Assembly (NCBI GenBank): GCA_013360305.1
Contig: JABWCK010000001.1
Span: forward strand, 17,209 to 81,208
Direction of reading: 5' to 3'
Length of the DNA: 64,000 nucleotides
Source: Candidatus Micrarchaeota archaeon
Lineage (GTDB): Archaea; Micrarchaeota; Micrarchaeia; Norongarragalinales; Norongarragalinaceae
The notes under the pieces were generated by a model that had not been told where the DNA came from, searched no databases, and worked only from the letters and a program-made list of their open reading frames with translations. Made by a program: the position numbers and the translations under genes. This document shows positions 9,860 through 19,570 of the stretch, in pieces; the first letter of the stretch is position 1; each line of letters opens with the position of its first letter.

Positions 9860-10726
9860 TAACGAAGAAAACCCAAAAACAATTTGGACTAAAATAACAA
9901 ACAAAATACTCACCGTAACCAAATTAGACTGTAAAACTAAATCTTTCAAAGAATTTCGACGAGCATAATTTCTAGAAACCAACTTGAACTGAAAAATAAA
10001 CAAAATTAAAGAAAAAAGTATTGAATAAAAATAAATAAAACTGACAAAATTAAATAACGCAGCTAAAAATAACGAAAATAACAAAACAAACTCTCCCCCT
10101 AACATAAAAAGGGCCGTCTTCTTTTCGCCTAAGACAATAGGTAGTGATTTCCTCCCCACTTTACGCTCTCCTGCGATATCTTCAAAATCCTTACTACTAG
10201 CAATAACAAAATAAAGACCCATGAAAAATACTAAAAAAACATAGTTAACAGGATAGCTAACTAACACAAAGTGTGCAATTAAATAAGGAATTAAACCGTA
10301 TAACAACGCACCCATAACGTTAGACGCTAACGGAAAATGACGAAAACTAAACTTTGGATAATTATAAATCGTACTCAAAAATATAAACAACAACATAACT
10401 AACGGAAGTTGTTCATTAACTAGTAAAGCAATAAATAACCCCGAAAAAAATAAAAGAAAAGATAAGAAAAACGCTTCATTGATACTTACCCTTCCCGAAG
10501 GGATTGGTCTACGAGGCTTATTTATCTTATCTACATCTAAATCAAAAATCATGTTAGTAACATTAAAGCCCAAAACTACCAAAGAAAATGAAACTAAAGC
10601 TAATACAAAATTAAAAGAAGGCAAACTAGCACTAATAACTAAATAAGAAGAGAAAGGTGCAATAAACGAAATTAACAAATAATGGGGAGCGATTAACTCC
10701 CAAACGTTTCTAAAAATCAAAGACAC
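9854..10726 (-). CDS. UbiA-family membrane prenyltransferase (possibly DGGGP synthase-type lipid prenyltransferase)
   Basis: NMIFDLDVDKINKPRRPIPSGRVS (Asp-rich motif followed by RPIPSG, characteristic of UbiA-superfamily enzymes); multiple hydrophobic helices; 290 aa. Confidence 0.6.
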   Translation of the reverse strand: MSLIFRNVWELIAPHYLLISFIAPFSSYLVISASLPSFNFVLALVSFSLVVLGFNVTNMIFDLDVDKINKPRRPIPSGRVSINEAFFLSFLLFFSGLFIALLVNEQLPLVMLLFIFLSTIYNYPKFSFRHFPLASNVMGALLYGLIPYLIAHFVLVSYPVNYVFLVFFMGLYFVIASSKDFEDIAGERKVGRKSLPIVLGEKKTALFMLGGEFVLLFSLFLAALFNFVSFIYFYSILFSLILFIFQFKLVSRNYARRNSLKDLVLQSNLVTVSILFVILVQIVFGFSSLL

Positions 10727-10975
10727 TAAACTAATACTAAATAATAGTTAAAAAATACTAAGTAAAGTCAACTAAACTACACTCAAAGGGCCTAATGCAA
10801 AAACCCAAATCAAAACTACAATATTTACAGTTTCGCCTGTTTCCGTGAACCCAATTGTTGCAATTCGAGCAGATCATATTCTTTTAGTGCTACTAATTCT
10901 ATAAAAGAATTGAGTAGAACTTAAATCAACTTTTTGTTGATTTACATAAAAACGAATAAGATATTGAAAAGCAAC

Positions 10976-11581
10976 CTAAGAAAAAACAGATTTTAATTCT
11001 TCTAAGTATCTTCTAGTGTAGACTAGTTCTTTTTCTATTAGTTTTTTTCCTTCTGGCGTTTGGAGGTCGCTCAAGGCGACTTCGATCTTTTTTTCATACC
11101 ACGCGATTGCTTGAGGAATGGTTTTTCCTTGTTGACCACATAAAGCAAACACCCTAGCTACACCTATAGGCCCCAAACCATCTAGTTTGTCAGCATCAAA
11201 CAATATTTTGGCCTCCAAACTAGTTTTTTCAGAAAGTTTTTCAGTAGAATGCTGACTCATTACTTCAATAACTCGCTCAATCCTAGGATAGTTAATTGAA
11301 GAAAGGATTTCTCTAGCTAACGAAATGCTTTTTTCAACGTGTTCACGTTTCGCATCAAACGGTTGGTCGACATCATGAAGTAAACAAGCCAATTGTAACA
11401 CTTCTAAGTCTACGATAGAATAATGTTTAGCTATTTTCAAAGCATTTTTTCTAACTCTACAAAAGTGGTTAAAATCATGCGCTAACGATTGTTTAGGTTG
11501 GTTTTTGAGTTTGTTCCTTACTATCGCTTCTACGTCTTTAACAAAAATCATTTCATTTTTCTCCTTGGAGAATTTTTCCAC
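10976..11581 (-). CDS. HD-domain phosphohydrolase
   Basis: LACLLHDVDQPFD...(H..HD) motif; downstream D (FDADKLDGLG); 201 aa. Confidence 0.6.
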   Translation of the reverse strand: MEKFSKEKNEMIFVKDVEAIVRNKLKNQPKQSLAHDFNHFCRVRKNALKIAKHYSIVDLEVLQLACLLHDVDQPFDAKREHVEKSISLAREILSSINYPRIERVIEVMSQHSTEKLSEKTSLEAKILFDADKLDGLGPIGVARVFALCGQQGKTIPQAIAWYEKKIEVALSDLQTPEGKKLIEKELVYTRRYLEELKSVFS

Positions 11582-12300
11582 TCATCCATGAAAGATTTAA
11601 AGAAGTATTTAGTGATTGCTGGATCAACAAAATGAATACCTAAATAAGCATCGGGAAAAGTCACTGCAACAATTATTTCTTTATCTTTTATTCCAAAAAG
11701 TCGCAAATAATCCGTGGATGAATTTCGAATTTTTATGTTGTCAGGATCTAAAGATGCCAAAAAATTTGCAAAATGGCTTGTTTCTAGGGAGCTTGGTAAA
11801 ATTGTATGTATAGCTACCCCACGCACTGATGCTTGTTCTAACGCAGAATAAAATTCAGTTGGATAAGCTGTACCCGTTTTAGCTTGACCAAACAACAAGT
11901 CTCCTCGTTTGGCACGACTAGTTACCCCCAATAACGCACGAGTAGTGTTTGCTCTACCAACATAAACTTTAAAGTTTTCATGAATATTAAAAACGTCTTC
12001 AACTTTTGTTTTTCCAGACATGCTTTTTTCTAAAAAATCGCCAAATGCTTTTAAGTCATGAACCCAAACGGGATTTAGACCATATTCTGAATTTTCTTTT
12101 TTGAGTAAGCCTTGGTCAGTTAATTGAATTAACATTTTATGCACGCCTTGATAACTGACATTATACCCTTCAGCTAATTCTTTTGAAATAGTTAAGTAAA
12201 TTTGTCTAGCAGATAAAAAACGCCCATCTTGTAAGGTTTTCAAAATTAATTGTTTCAAGTCTTTTTTGCTAGAACCTATAACTGAAAAATCGACAGGCAT
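11548..12300 (-). CDS. Hypothetical protein with N-terminal winged-helix-like region
   Basis: LKTLQDGRFLSARQIYLTISKELAEGYNVSYQGVHKMLIQLTDQGLLKK resembles a wHTH; remainder uncharacterised. Confidence 0.35.
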   Translation of the reverse strand: MPVDFSVIGSSKKDLKQLILKTLQDGRFLSARQIYLTISKELAEGYNVSYQGVHKMLIQLTDQGLLKKENSEYGLNPVWVHDLKAFGDFLEKSMSGKTKVEDVFNIHENFKVYVGRANTTRALLGVTSRAKRGDLLFGQAKTGTAYPTEFYSALEQASVRGVAIHTILPSSLETSHFANFLASLDPDNIKIRNSSTDYLRLFGIKDKEIIVAVTFPDAYLGIHFVDPAITKYFFKSFMDEWKNSPRRKMK

Positions 12301-12348
12301 AAAATAATATGGAAAAAAGGATAAATAAACCTAACAAAAAATAATATC

Positions 12349-13200
12349 GTGGAAAAAACAGGAGAAAATAACGAAAATTTTAGTACTACCGGAAGAAAAA
12401 CTCATACAACCCAGCCGAAAATACTTATTTTAGACTTAAGCGGCACTTTAAGTAAAAAAAGTATAGGGTTGGAATTGTTAGCTCATAAAATAGGACGAAC
12501 CAACGCTATACAAGAGTATTCAAAACTTAGAAAGCCTGGAATCAAACTAACTGAAGCAATACTAAGAGGAATAAAATTATTAGCAAGACATCAAACAACA
12601 GTTGAAGACTACCATTATACCACAGACAAAATAGTCAAAAAAGGCGAACTTAGAGGAGAATTATTAGAACTTGCAAGATATTTACAAAAACGAGGAACAA
12701 AAGTAATATTGACAAACAAAACATCTCAAATAATTGCAGAAAGAATTGCTAACCAATACGGATTAAATGGTGCAATAGGCACTAAAGAAAAAATAGAAAA
12801 CGGTAGAATAACGGGAGTAGAGGAAATATTAAGTGAAAAAGAAGGAACATACAAAGGAATCAAAACTAACACAAAAATAAATAGAATAAAGGAAATCGCT
12901 CCGGAAATAGATTCTAAAGATATTGCAGTAATAACAGATAGTATAGACGATTTAGAAACAATAAAGGAAGCGGGTTTTAGTATTCTTTATTCGCCTTTGC
13001 ATAAGGCAACGCATCAGGAAATAGCAGAAAAATTAGGCTTAGGCGATTACATCGTTCATGAAGGCGCTACTCCCGAAGAAAATTTGAAGTTACTTTATAG
13101 ACTCAAATTATTATTACGCCACCCAGGATTTGCAAGTCAACCCGAACGCCTAGAAGCGGCAGTAGAAAGGCTACACAAACTTAACCTAACGCGTTTTTGA
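12349..13200 (+). CDS. HAD-superfamily hydrolase-like protein (atypical motif I)
   Basis: ILILDLSGTLS (HAD motif I-like but second Asp replaced by Ser); KVILTNKTS; ITDSIDDLETIKEAG (motif IV-like). Confidence 0.35.
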   Translation: MEKTGENNENFSTTGRKTHTTQPKILILDLSGTLSKKSIGLELLAHKIGRTNAIQEYSKLRKPGIKLTEAILRGIKLLARHQTTVEDYHYTTDKIVKKGELRGELLELARYLQKRGTKVILTNKTSQIIAERIANQYGLNGAIGTKEKIENGRITGVEEILSEKEGTYKGIKTNTKINRIKEIAPEIDSKDIAVITDSIDDLETIKEAGFSILYSPLHKATHQEIAEKLGLGDYIVHEGATPEENLKLLYRLKLLLRHPGFASQPERLEAAVERLHKLNLTRF

Positions 13201-13537
13201 TTGCTTTTAGTGGGAGGAGGACGCATTTTATTCTAACAGCCCCGACGCTGATGCCAAGCATTTCTACTAAAGCTTCGTCAGTTAAAGATTTTATTTCCTT
13301 GACGGTTTTACCCTTAATGAAGTCGGTTAAGATTGAAGCAGAAGCAATGCTTAACGCACATCCTTCGCCTTCAAACTTGACGTCTTTCACGACGTTTTTT
13401 TCTACCAGCAATTGAATAGTAACTACATCGCCACAAACCGGATTAGCTTCCCGCCTAGAATAAGTTGGTTTTTTTAAAACGCCTTTGTTTAATGGGTGTT
13501 TGTAGTGTTCTAGTATTAATTCGCCGTATAAATCCAT
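13181..13537 (-). CDS. sufU: Fe-S cluster assembly scaffold SufU/IscU (NifU N-terminal domain)
   Basis: NPVCGD, GEGCALSIASAS and RIKC motifs (three conserved Cys ligands); 118 aa; last gene of the suf cluster. Confidence 0.75.
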   Translation of the reverse strand: MDLYGELILEHYKHPLNKGVLKKPTYSRREANPVCGDVVTIQLLVEKNVVKDVKFEGEGCALSIASASILTDFIKGKTVKEIKSLTDEALVEMLGISVGAVRIKCVLLPLKAIKNALG

Positions 13538-13540
13538 TTT

Positions 13541-14764
13541 TTATTTCACCAGCGTCTTGTGGGATAGTTCTAAAGCGTCAACGAACGATTGCACTTCACG
13601 CTTGTTGTTATAAACATAAAATGAAGCGCGGCAAGTAGACGTCAACCCCAAAGCATTCAATAATGGCTGCGTGCAATGGTGGCCGGAGCGGATGGCGATA
13701 TTCTTTGAATCGAGGATTGAAGCAACATCGTGTGCGTGGACTCCTTGAACGTTGAATGATAGTATTCCTAGTTTTTTGCTTGGGGCTGGACCATAAACAT
13801 CAACGTAGTTGGGTAGTATTTTGTGTGCGTAACTGGTTAAATCGCGTTCGTGGGCTAGTAACTCGTCAAAACCAATTCTTTGCAAGTAACGAACCGCTTC
13901 AGCTAAGCCTATTGCTCCAGAAATGTTAGGCGTACCAGCCTCGTATTTATACGGCAAATCATTCCAAGTGGTTTCTTGAATAGTTACTTCTCGAATCATG
14001 TCGCCACCAGTCAAGAATGGAGGTAATTCTTGAAGTAATTCTTTTTTTCCATATAAGACGCCGATTCCGGTTGGTCCTAGCATTTTGTGCCCTGACAAAG
14101 CAAGAAAATCACAATCCAATTTCTTAACATCAATAGGCAAGTGAGGCGCGCTTTGAGCAGCGTCTATTACGGTTAGAGCCCCAGCGTCTTTTGCTTGTTC
14201 GATTAATTGCTTGGCGGGAGTAATTACGCCAGTAGCGTTGGATGCGTGAGTGAATGCGAAGACAGTCGCGTTTTTTAGTTTGTTAAAGTCTTCAACATCT
14301 AGTTCGGCGGATTCGCTTAGTGACAAGTACTCGATTTTAGCTTTCGTTTTCTGGCTTAACAATTGCCAAGGCACGAAATTAGAGTGGTGATTCATTAACG
14401 TAGAAACAATCTTGTCATTTTTTGAAACAGGCAAGATGTTAGCAACTAAGTTTATTGATTCAGTCGCGTTTCTCGTAAAGATTATTTCTTCAGGCGAAGC
14501 ATTCAAGAATTCAGCAATAGATTCTCTAGCGTTTTCATACAATTCCGTTGCTTCTTGAGATAATTGATAGACTCCTCTGTGGACGTTAGAGTAATGGTTT
14601 TCGTAAAAATCCCTTTCAGCATCTAGCACTGAAGACGGTTTTTGAGTGGTTGCTGCGTTGTCTAGGTAGATTAGGTTTGGATTGTTTTTGAATATGGGAA
14701 AGTCTTTTTTCGTGTCGATCATTGCATTCTTACCTTCAATAGTTTTTCGCACTCGCTTCGCCAA
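13541..14764 (-). CDS. sufS: Cysteine desulfurase SufS (class V aminotransferase fold)
   Basis: LSGHKMLGPTGIGVLYG (PLP-Lys region), HHSN, C-terminal RSGHHCTQPL (active-site Cys loop); 407 aa. Confidence 0.85.
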   Translation of the reverse strand: MAKRVRKTIEGKNAMIDTKKDFPIFKNNPNLIYLDNAATTQKPSSVLDAERDFYENHYSNVHRGVYQLSQEATELYENARESIAEFLNASPEEIIFTRNATESINLVANILPVSKNDKIVSTLMNHHSNFVPWQLLSQKTKAKIEYLSLSESAELDVEDFNKLKNATVFAFTHASNATGVITPAKQLIEQAKDAGALTVIDAAQSAPHLPIDVKKLDCDFLALSGHKMLGPTGIGVLYGKKELLQELPPFLTGGDMIREVTIQETTWNDLPYKYEAGTPNISGAIGLAEAVRYLQRIGFDELLAHERDLTSYAHKILPNYVDVYGPAPSKKLGILSFNVQGVHAHDVASILDSKNIAIRSGHHCTQPLLNALGLTSTCRASFYVYNNKREVQSFVDALELSHKTLVK

Positions 14765-15867
14765 GCAGGGTTTTGGCTTTTGTCTATTATTTCTTGAGCA
14801 AAGCCTTCAATTATTAACAATTCAGCGTCGCGTTTTTTTAATCCTCGGGATTGCAAGTAGAATACGCTGTCTTTGTCTATGTGGCTGACGGACGCGCCGT
14901 GGCGAGATTTTACGTCATTAGTTTTAATCTCTAAAGCAGGCAAGGAGTTGGCTTTGGCTTTGTTGCTTAACAATAACGCTCGACCCATTAAGTGGGAGAA
15001 AGTGTTTTTTGCAGGGTTCTCGATTAAAATCATTCCTCTATGCACAGAGTTGGCTTCGTCGTCTAGTATTCCTTTAGCTAGCAAGTTGCCGGTAGTGTCG
15101 GGTACTGCGTGGCGAATGTTTGTTGACAAATCGCTTTCTTGCTTGTTTTTTCCAAAAAACAACAAGTAAGTATCGCTGTTAGCGTTTCTTCCTTCGAGAG
15201 AGGAATTGAATTCTTGAATTGTTGAAGAAGAACCAAAAGAAGCAGCAATCCATTGAAAACTAGCTTTTTCGCTTAAGACGCTTTTCTTTAAGGAATAATT
15301 TTGGCTAGTTATTGAAGCGTTTTCTAGAAAATTGTAGTCTGTCTTCGAGTTTTCTCCAATGAATACTTCAGAAAAACTAGTTGACGCGTTAGTTGAAGAA
15401 AAGTCTTCAAAGTAATCGAGCTTAGCGTTTTTTCCAGTAATTACTATAGAGTGAGCTAGGACGCTTTCGCCGGTAAAGCTTGTTTTCACGCTAGCCTCAA
15501 CATCCTCAGGAACTATTATCAAGCAGCCAGTGTTGAATAAGGCGAAATGCAAGGCAGCGTTTCGAGAAATTTCTGGATTTAATAATTTCTGGAAGTGTTT
15601 TTTTACTAGTGATTCTTCTTGTTGCAAGGCTGTTTTGAAATCTAAAACAATTGCGTTACCGCTTGATTCAAATTTAACGGCCGGAGAAGAATTGTTAGTT
15701 AAGTCGAGTGAAAAATTAGTGTATTTTTTTTGAGTAGGCGAGTCAGCTTCAACGTAATACTCGTTGTCAACCCATTTTTTCAACGCGTTTTTGCGTAGTT
15801 TCTCTAGCCACGAAGGCTCGTTGTTTAAACGGACTAGTTCATCGATTTTTTCTAATTGTTTATTCAA
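14719..15867 (-). CDS. sufD: Fe-S cluster assembly protein SufD
   Basis: Position between sufB and sufS; C-terminal half similar in composition to the SufB C-terminal beta-helix (LIIEGF, KSRHGASVSHIDKDSVFYLQSRGL); 382 aa. Confidence 0.6.
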   Translation of the reverse strand: MNKQLEKIDELVRLNNEPSWLEKLRKNALKKWVDNEYYVEADSPTQKKYTNFSLDLTNNSSPAVKFESSGNAIVLDFKTALQQEESLVKKHFQKLLNPEISRNAALHFALFNTGCLIIVPEDVEASVKTSFTGESVLAHSIVITGKNAKLDYFEDFSSTNASTSFSEVFIGENSKTDYNFLENASITSQNYSLKKSVLSEKASFQWIAASFGSSSTIQEFNSSLEGRNANSDTYLLFFGKNKQESDLSTNIRHAVPDTTGNLLAKGILDDEANSVHRGMILIENPAKNTFSHLMGRALLLSNKAKANSLPALEIKTNDVKSRHGASVSHIDKDSVFYLQSRGLKKRDAELLIIEGFAQEIIDKSQNPAWRSECEKLLKVRMQ

Positions 15868-18494
15868 CCTACTGCACCTAGTTTTTCCATTTCCAAGTGA
15901 ATCAATCGATTCAATTCAACTGAAAACTCGAGAGGAATTTCCTTCATTACGTCATCCAAGAAACCTAACACTATCATTGAGCGAGCGTCTGCTTCATTCA
16001 AGCCGCGGGACATCATGTAAAACAATTGTTCGTCACTAATCTTGCCAACGCTGGCTTCATGAGTAAACGACGCAGTTGGTTCATAAATCTCGTTATGAGG
16101 ATAAGTATCGCTTCGTGAATCCTTGTCTAGAATTAAAGCATCGCATTGGACGTGGCTCTTAGCATTTAACGCCCCGGCATTAATTCTTAACAAACCCCGG
16201 TAAACAGACACTCCACCGCCTGACGAAATGCTTTTAGCAATCACTTTAGACGTAGTGTTTTTGCCAATGTGAAGCACTTTAGCACCGCCGTCCTTCCACG
16301 TATCTGAAGTGCCGAAAGCAATGTTCAAGTGAGACGCGCTCGAATTGTCGCCTTTCAAAATAGTCATTGGATACAACATTGTCAGCTTGCTGCCCAAGCT
16401 TCCGCCTACCCACTCCATTTTAGCATTCTTGTCAACAATAGCGCGTTTAGTGTTCAAATTGTAAACATTCTTGCTCCAGTTTTGGACAGTAGTATAACGC
16501 ATTTTAGCGTTGTCGTGAACGAAAATCTCTACTATAGCAGAATGCAGCGAGTTAGTCGTATACTTTGGCGCCGTGCAATTATGCACTGCAACGCCGCCCG
16601 CGACATAAGATTCGTCTTCATCGACGCTAAAATTGTAAACAGGCAAATCAACTACTTCTTCGAAAGAAATTGTTTTTACAGGAACAAAAGCATACTTTTC
16701 AGTAATATGTGCATATGACTTTGCTAAACTTGCTTGAGAAAGTTTTTGTAGTGCTATTTGTCTTTCTACTGCGAACTCATTAACAGGTTGAGCGTTTACG
16801 ACGTTTGCAAATTTCTGTAGAAATGAGCCGCCGACGTATACCGTGTGCATCACGTGCTTGTTTGCTCTTTCTTGAGAGTTTATTCCTGCAAAAACATCAA
16901 GCCTTAACAACACGTCGCGTAATTGTCTGGCTAAAGTTGAAGAAACCGTGTTCATTCTGAACATTCTTTTTATTCCCCAAGAATATTGTTGGTACATATA
17001 ACTTCCGTCTCCTCGCCAGAATCCTTTAATTAATTCTGCTTGTTTTTCGGGAGACTCGTGAATTACCCATAAAGGTAATTGTTTGGTGTGTGCGTGGTGA
17101 TTAAATTCTGAGTTAAAGAATCTGGCCGCCTTAGTCGAACACAACGTTAAAGAAATTCCGTTGTTTCTAATTTTTCCTTGAATCGGTTCTTTCTCAAAAT
17201 ATTTTAATAAAAGGAATTTGACGTCTTCGAGATATTCTTTTTCTTTAACGTTAAACGTAAAGCTGACGTAGTGTCCGCCGATAGTAGTTCCTTCAGACAA
17301 ATAATATCCTAATAGCCGGAAAAAGTCTTTGTCGGTTCTTAATGCGAGAGTAAACGAATTAAATTTCCCTTTACTCTTTCCAAAATTAACATTAAAAACG
17401 CGCACGTCACTAGACATCACTTCCCGGTCAATAGGCATCGCTAAATAATCTCCTTTTTGAATGTTGTTTACAGGGCTCCAATCAGGATTCCAAGTGGTGT
17501 TCTTGTATTCTGCGCGTTCTTTCTTTACTACTAAAAAGGGGTGTTCTTCGGTTGCTTTAATTTCAGCTTTGCTATCCCCATAATAAGTGACCGAATAAAG
17601 TTTTCCCGAATAAGGCCTAACTTGAGTGTGATAAACAGTTTTGAACCGGTTTTCATGAGTTAATACTTTTTCTCCAACCGTAACTTCTTCAATTGGTTTG
17701 TCACTTGTTTCGGTTTTTACTGGTGTGCCTTTAACAAAACATCCTTCGACGTAATGGCCTTCGCTTCCTTCTTCTGCAACGATTAAAGTATGCTCGAATT
17801 GTCCTTCGTTGGCAGCGTTCATTCTGAAATAAGTTTGAAAAGGCAAGTCAACCTTTACGCCCTTAGGAACGTAAAGAAAACTGCCACCACTCCACACTGC
17901 GCCATGCAATGCAGCGAACTTGTTGTCAGTGTAAGGCACGCACTTCATGAAGTATTTCTTTACTAAGTCAGGGTGTTTTTTTAAAGCAGAATCCATATCC
18001 ATGAATATTACGCCTAAGTCGTCGTAAATTTTCTTGACGTTAGCGTAAACGCTAGTCGACTCGTATTGAGCAACGCTGCCGGCTAAGTATTTTCGCTCTG
18101 CTTCAGGAATACCGAGTTTTTCGAAAGTGTCTTTGATTTCTCCCGGAACATCCTCCCAATTCTTAGCGTTTTCAGCAGCCATTTCCGGAGTAATGTAGTA
18201 ATACATTTCTTGAAAATCAATTCCACTCAAGTCAGCGCCCCAAACCGGCATTGGCCTGCGCAAGAATTCATTGAAAGACTTCAAGCGGTGTTCAAGCATC
18301 CATTCCGGTTCTTGCTTTAATTTAGAAATTAGTTTAACTGTTTCAATAGACAATCCTTTCGGTATTTTTTTGACTTTAGCCGCGTCCTTGAAGTCGTACT
18401 TGTTCAAGTCAATTGAGGGAATGTCTTCTATTCTTTCAACTGATTCAACCAAGAACAACACCCTTAACGTATTCAGCGTAGCCTTTTTCTTCAA
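15864..18494 (-). CDS. sufB: Fe-S cluster assembly protein SufB, interrupted by a 388-aa intein
   Basis: Extein sequence is typical SufB (FQTYFRMNAANEGQFEHTLIVAEEGSEGHYVEG | ... | CTAPKYTTNSLHSAIVEIFVH...GGGVSVYRGLL...FYMMSRGL); extein length ~488 aa after removing the intein. Confidence 0.85.
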   Translation of the reverse strand: MKKKATLNTLRVLFLVESVERIEDIPSIDLNKYDFKDAAKVKKIPKGLSIETVKLISKLKQEPEWMLEHRLKSFNEFLRRPMPVWGADLSGIDFQEMYYYITPEMAAENAKNWEDVPGEIKDTFEKLGIPEAERKYLAGSVAQYESTSVYANVKKIYDDLGVIFMDMDSALKKHPDLVKKYFMKCVPYTDNKFAALHGAVWSGGSFLYVPKGVKVDLPFQTYFRMNAANEGQFEHTLIVAEEGSEGHYVEGCFVKGTPVKTETSDKPIEEVTVGEKVLTHENRFKTVYHTQVRPYSGKLYSVTYYGDSKAEIKATEEHPFLVVKKERAEYKNTTWNPDWSPVNNIQKGDYLAMPIDREVMSSDVRVFNVNFGKSKGKFNSFTLALRTDKDFFRLLGYYLSEGTTIGGHYVSFTFNVKEKEYLEDVKFLLLKYFEKEPIQGKIRNNGISLTLCSTKAARFFNSEFNHHAHTKQLPLWVIHESPEKQAELIKGFWRGDGSYMYQQYSWGIKRMFRMNTVSSTLARQLRDVLLRLDVFAGINSQERANKHVMHTVYVGGSFLQKFANVVNAQPVNEFAVERQIALQKLSQASLAKSYAHITEKYAFVPVKTISFEEVVDLPVYNFSVDEDESYVAGGVAVHNCTAPKYTTNSLHSAIVEIFVHDNAKMRYTTVQNWSKNVYNLNTKRAIVDKNAKMEWVGGSLGSKLTMLYPMTILKGDNSSASHLNIAFGTSDTWKDGGAKVLHIGKNTTSKVIAKSISSGGGVSVYRGLLRINAGALNAKSHVQCDALILDKDSRSDTYPHNEIYEPTASFTHEASVGKISDEQLFYMMSRGLNEADARSMIVLGFLDDVMKEIPLEFSVELNRLIHLEMEKLGAVG
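16578..17741 (-). mobile_element. Intein with LAGLIDADG homing-endonuclease domain inserted in SufB
   Basis: Starts with Cys right after HYVEG (CFVKGTPV...), ends ...VAVHN followed by +1 Cys (CTAPKY); two dodecapeptide motifs LLGYYLSEGTT and LIKGFWRGDGS; boundaries counted codon by codon from the start at 18494. Confidence 0.7.
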
Positions 18495-19248
18495 GTTTTA
18501 AGGCTAGTTCTTTTCCGCCGCTTTCAACGATTTTACCATCAACCATTACGTGAACGAAGTCCGGCTTCAAGTAGTGAAGTATTCTCTGGTAGTGAGTTAT
18601 TACTAACAAGCCTATCCCTTCCTTGTGGGCTTTTTGAACTGCTGAAGCAACGCTCTTCACAGCATCAATATCCAATCCGGAATCAATTTCGTCCAACACC
18701 GCGAATTTGGGTTGTAAAACCATTAATTGAAGTATTTCCGCGCGTTTTTTTTCTCCACCAGAAAAGCCAGCATTCAAGTAACGCGAAGAAAAAGACTCGT
18801 CGAAACTCAAGTCCTTCATTTTTTCCTTTAATAATTTTTGAAAAGCAGCAACGTCTTGCAATGAATTAGTTTTTTTGTGAATTGAATTATAAGAATTTCT
18901 CAAGAAAGTAGAAAACTTGACTCCAGGAACTTCAAACGGGTATTGAAATGCTAAAAACAATCCCTTCCTAGCCCGCTCGTCAGGACTCCATTCCAGAATA
19001 GACTCGCCATCAAGCAAAACGTCGCCCGAAGTAACTTCATAATACGGGTGGCCCATTAAAACGCTAGACAAAGTGCTTTTCCCTGAACCGTTTGGCCCCA
19101 TTATTGAATGAAGTTCGCCCTTCCTTACTTTTAAAGAAACACCTTTCAGTATTTCTTTTCCTTCAATGGATGCGTGCAAGTCTTTAAACTCTAGAATTTC
19201 TTTCAAAAAAACCACCAATATTACGCGTTTCGCTTGGCTTCCCAGCAC
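18445..19248 (-). CDS. sufC: Fe-S cluster assembly ATPase SufC (ABC ATPase)
   Basis: Walker A GPNGSGKST, ABC signature FSGGEKKR, Walker B FAVLDEIDSGLD, H-loop ITHY; 267 aa. Confidence 0.85.
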   Translation of the reverse strand: MLGSQAKRVILVVFLKEILEFKDLHASIEGKEILKGVSLKVRKGELHSIMGPNGSGKSTLSSVLMGHPYYEVTSGDVLLDGESILEWSPDERARKGLFLAFQYPFEVPGVKFSTFLRNSYNSIHKKTNSLQDVAAFQKLLKEKMKDLSFDESFSSRYLNAGFSGGEKKRAEILQLMVLQPKFAVLDEIDSGLDIDAVKSVASAVQKAHKEGIGLLVITHYQRILHYLKPDFVHVMVDGKIVESGGKELALKLEEKGYAEYVKGVVLG

Positions 19249-19514
19249 GAAACTATTTCCTTAGATTGAGAATTCAAGTAGTACTCTACAACTAAAGGAT
19301 CGCCCTTAGCTTCCTTTCTGACTAGTAAACCAGCTGCTTCCAACTCCTTCAACCGCTTAGAAAGCAGTTGAGGCGTTATTTTAGGCAAGCCTCGCTTGAT
19401 TTCATTAAAGTGAGTCTTTCCCTCGTAAATCTCGGTTAAAATCTTTAAAGCCCACTTTTTCTCAAAAACATCCAAGTGAATAACAATAGGGCAAACCCTA
19501 GGAGAACAATGCAT
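19221..19514 (-). CDS. HxlR-family winged-helix transcriptional regulator, first gene of the suf cluster
   Basis: CPIVIHLDVFEKKWALKILTEIYEGKTHFNEIKRGLPKITPQLLSKRLKELEAAGLL fits the HxlR wHTH; 97 aa; overlaps the sufC start. Confidence 0.7.
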   Translation of the reverse strand: MHCSPRVCPIVIHLDVFEKKWALKILTEIYEGKTHFNEIKRGLPKITPQLLSKRLKELEAAGLLVRKEAKGDPLVVEYYLNSQSKEIVSCWEAKRNA

Positions 19515-19570
19515 AACAGTATGTTTTTCATACTAGTATAAAAAAGGTTTTGTTCTCGTAAATTATAGCA

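Noticed and set aside
16329-16718. 129-aa plus-strand ORF inside sufB
   Set aside because: Antisense to the SufB C-terminal extein, which is strongly supported.
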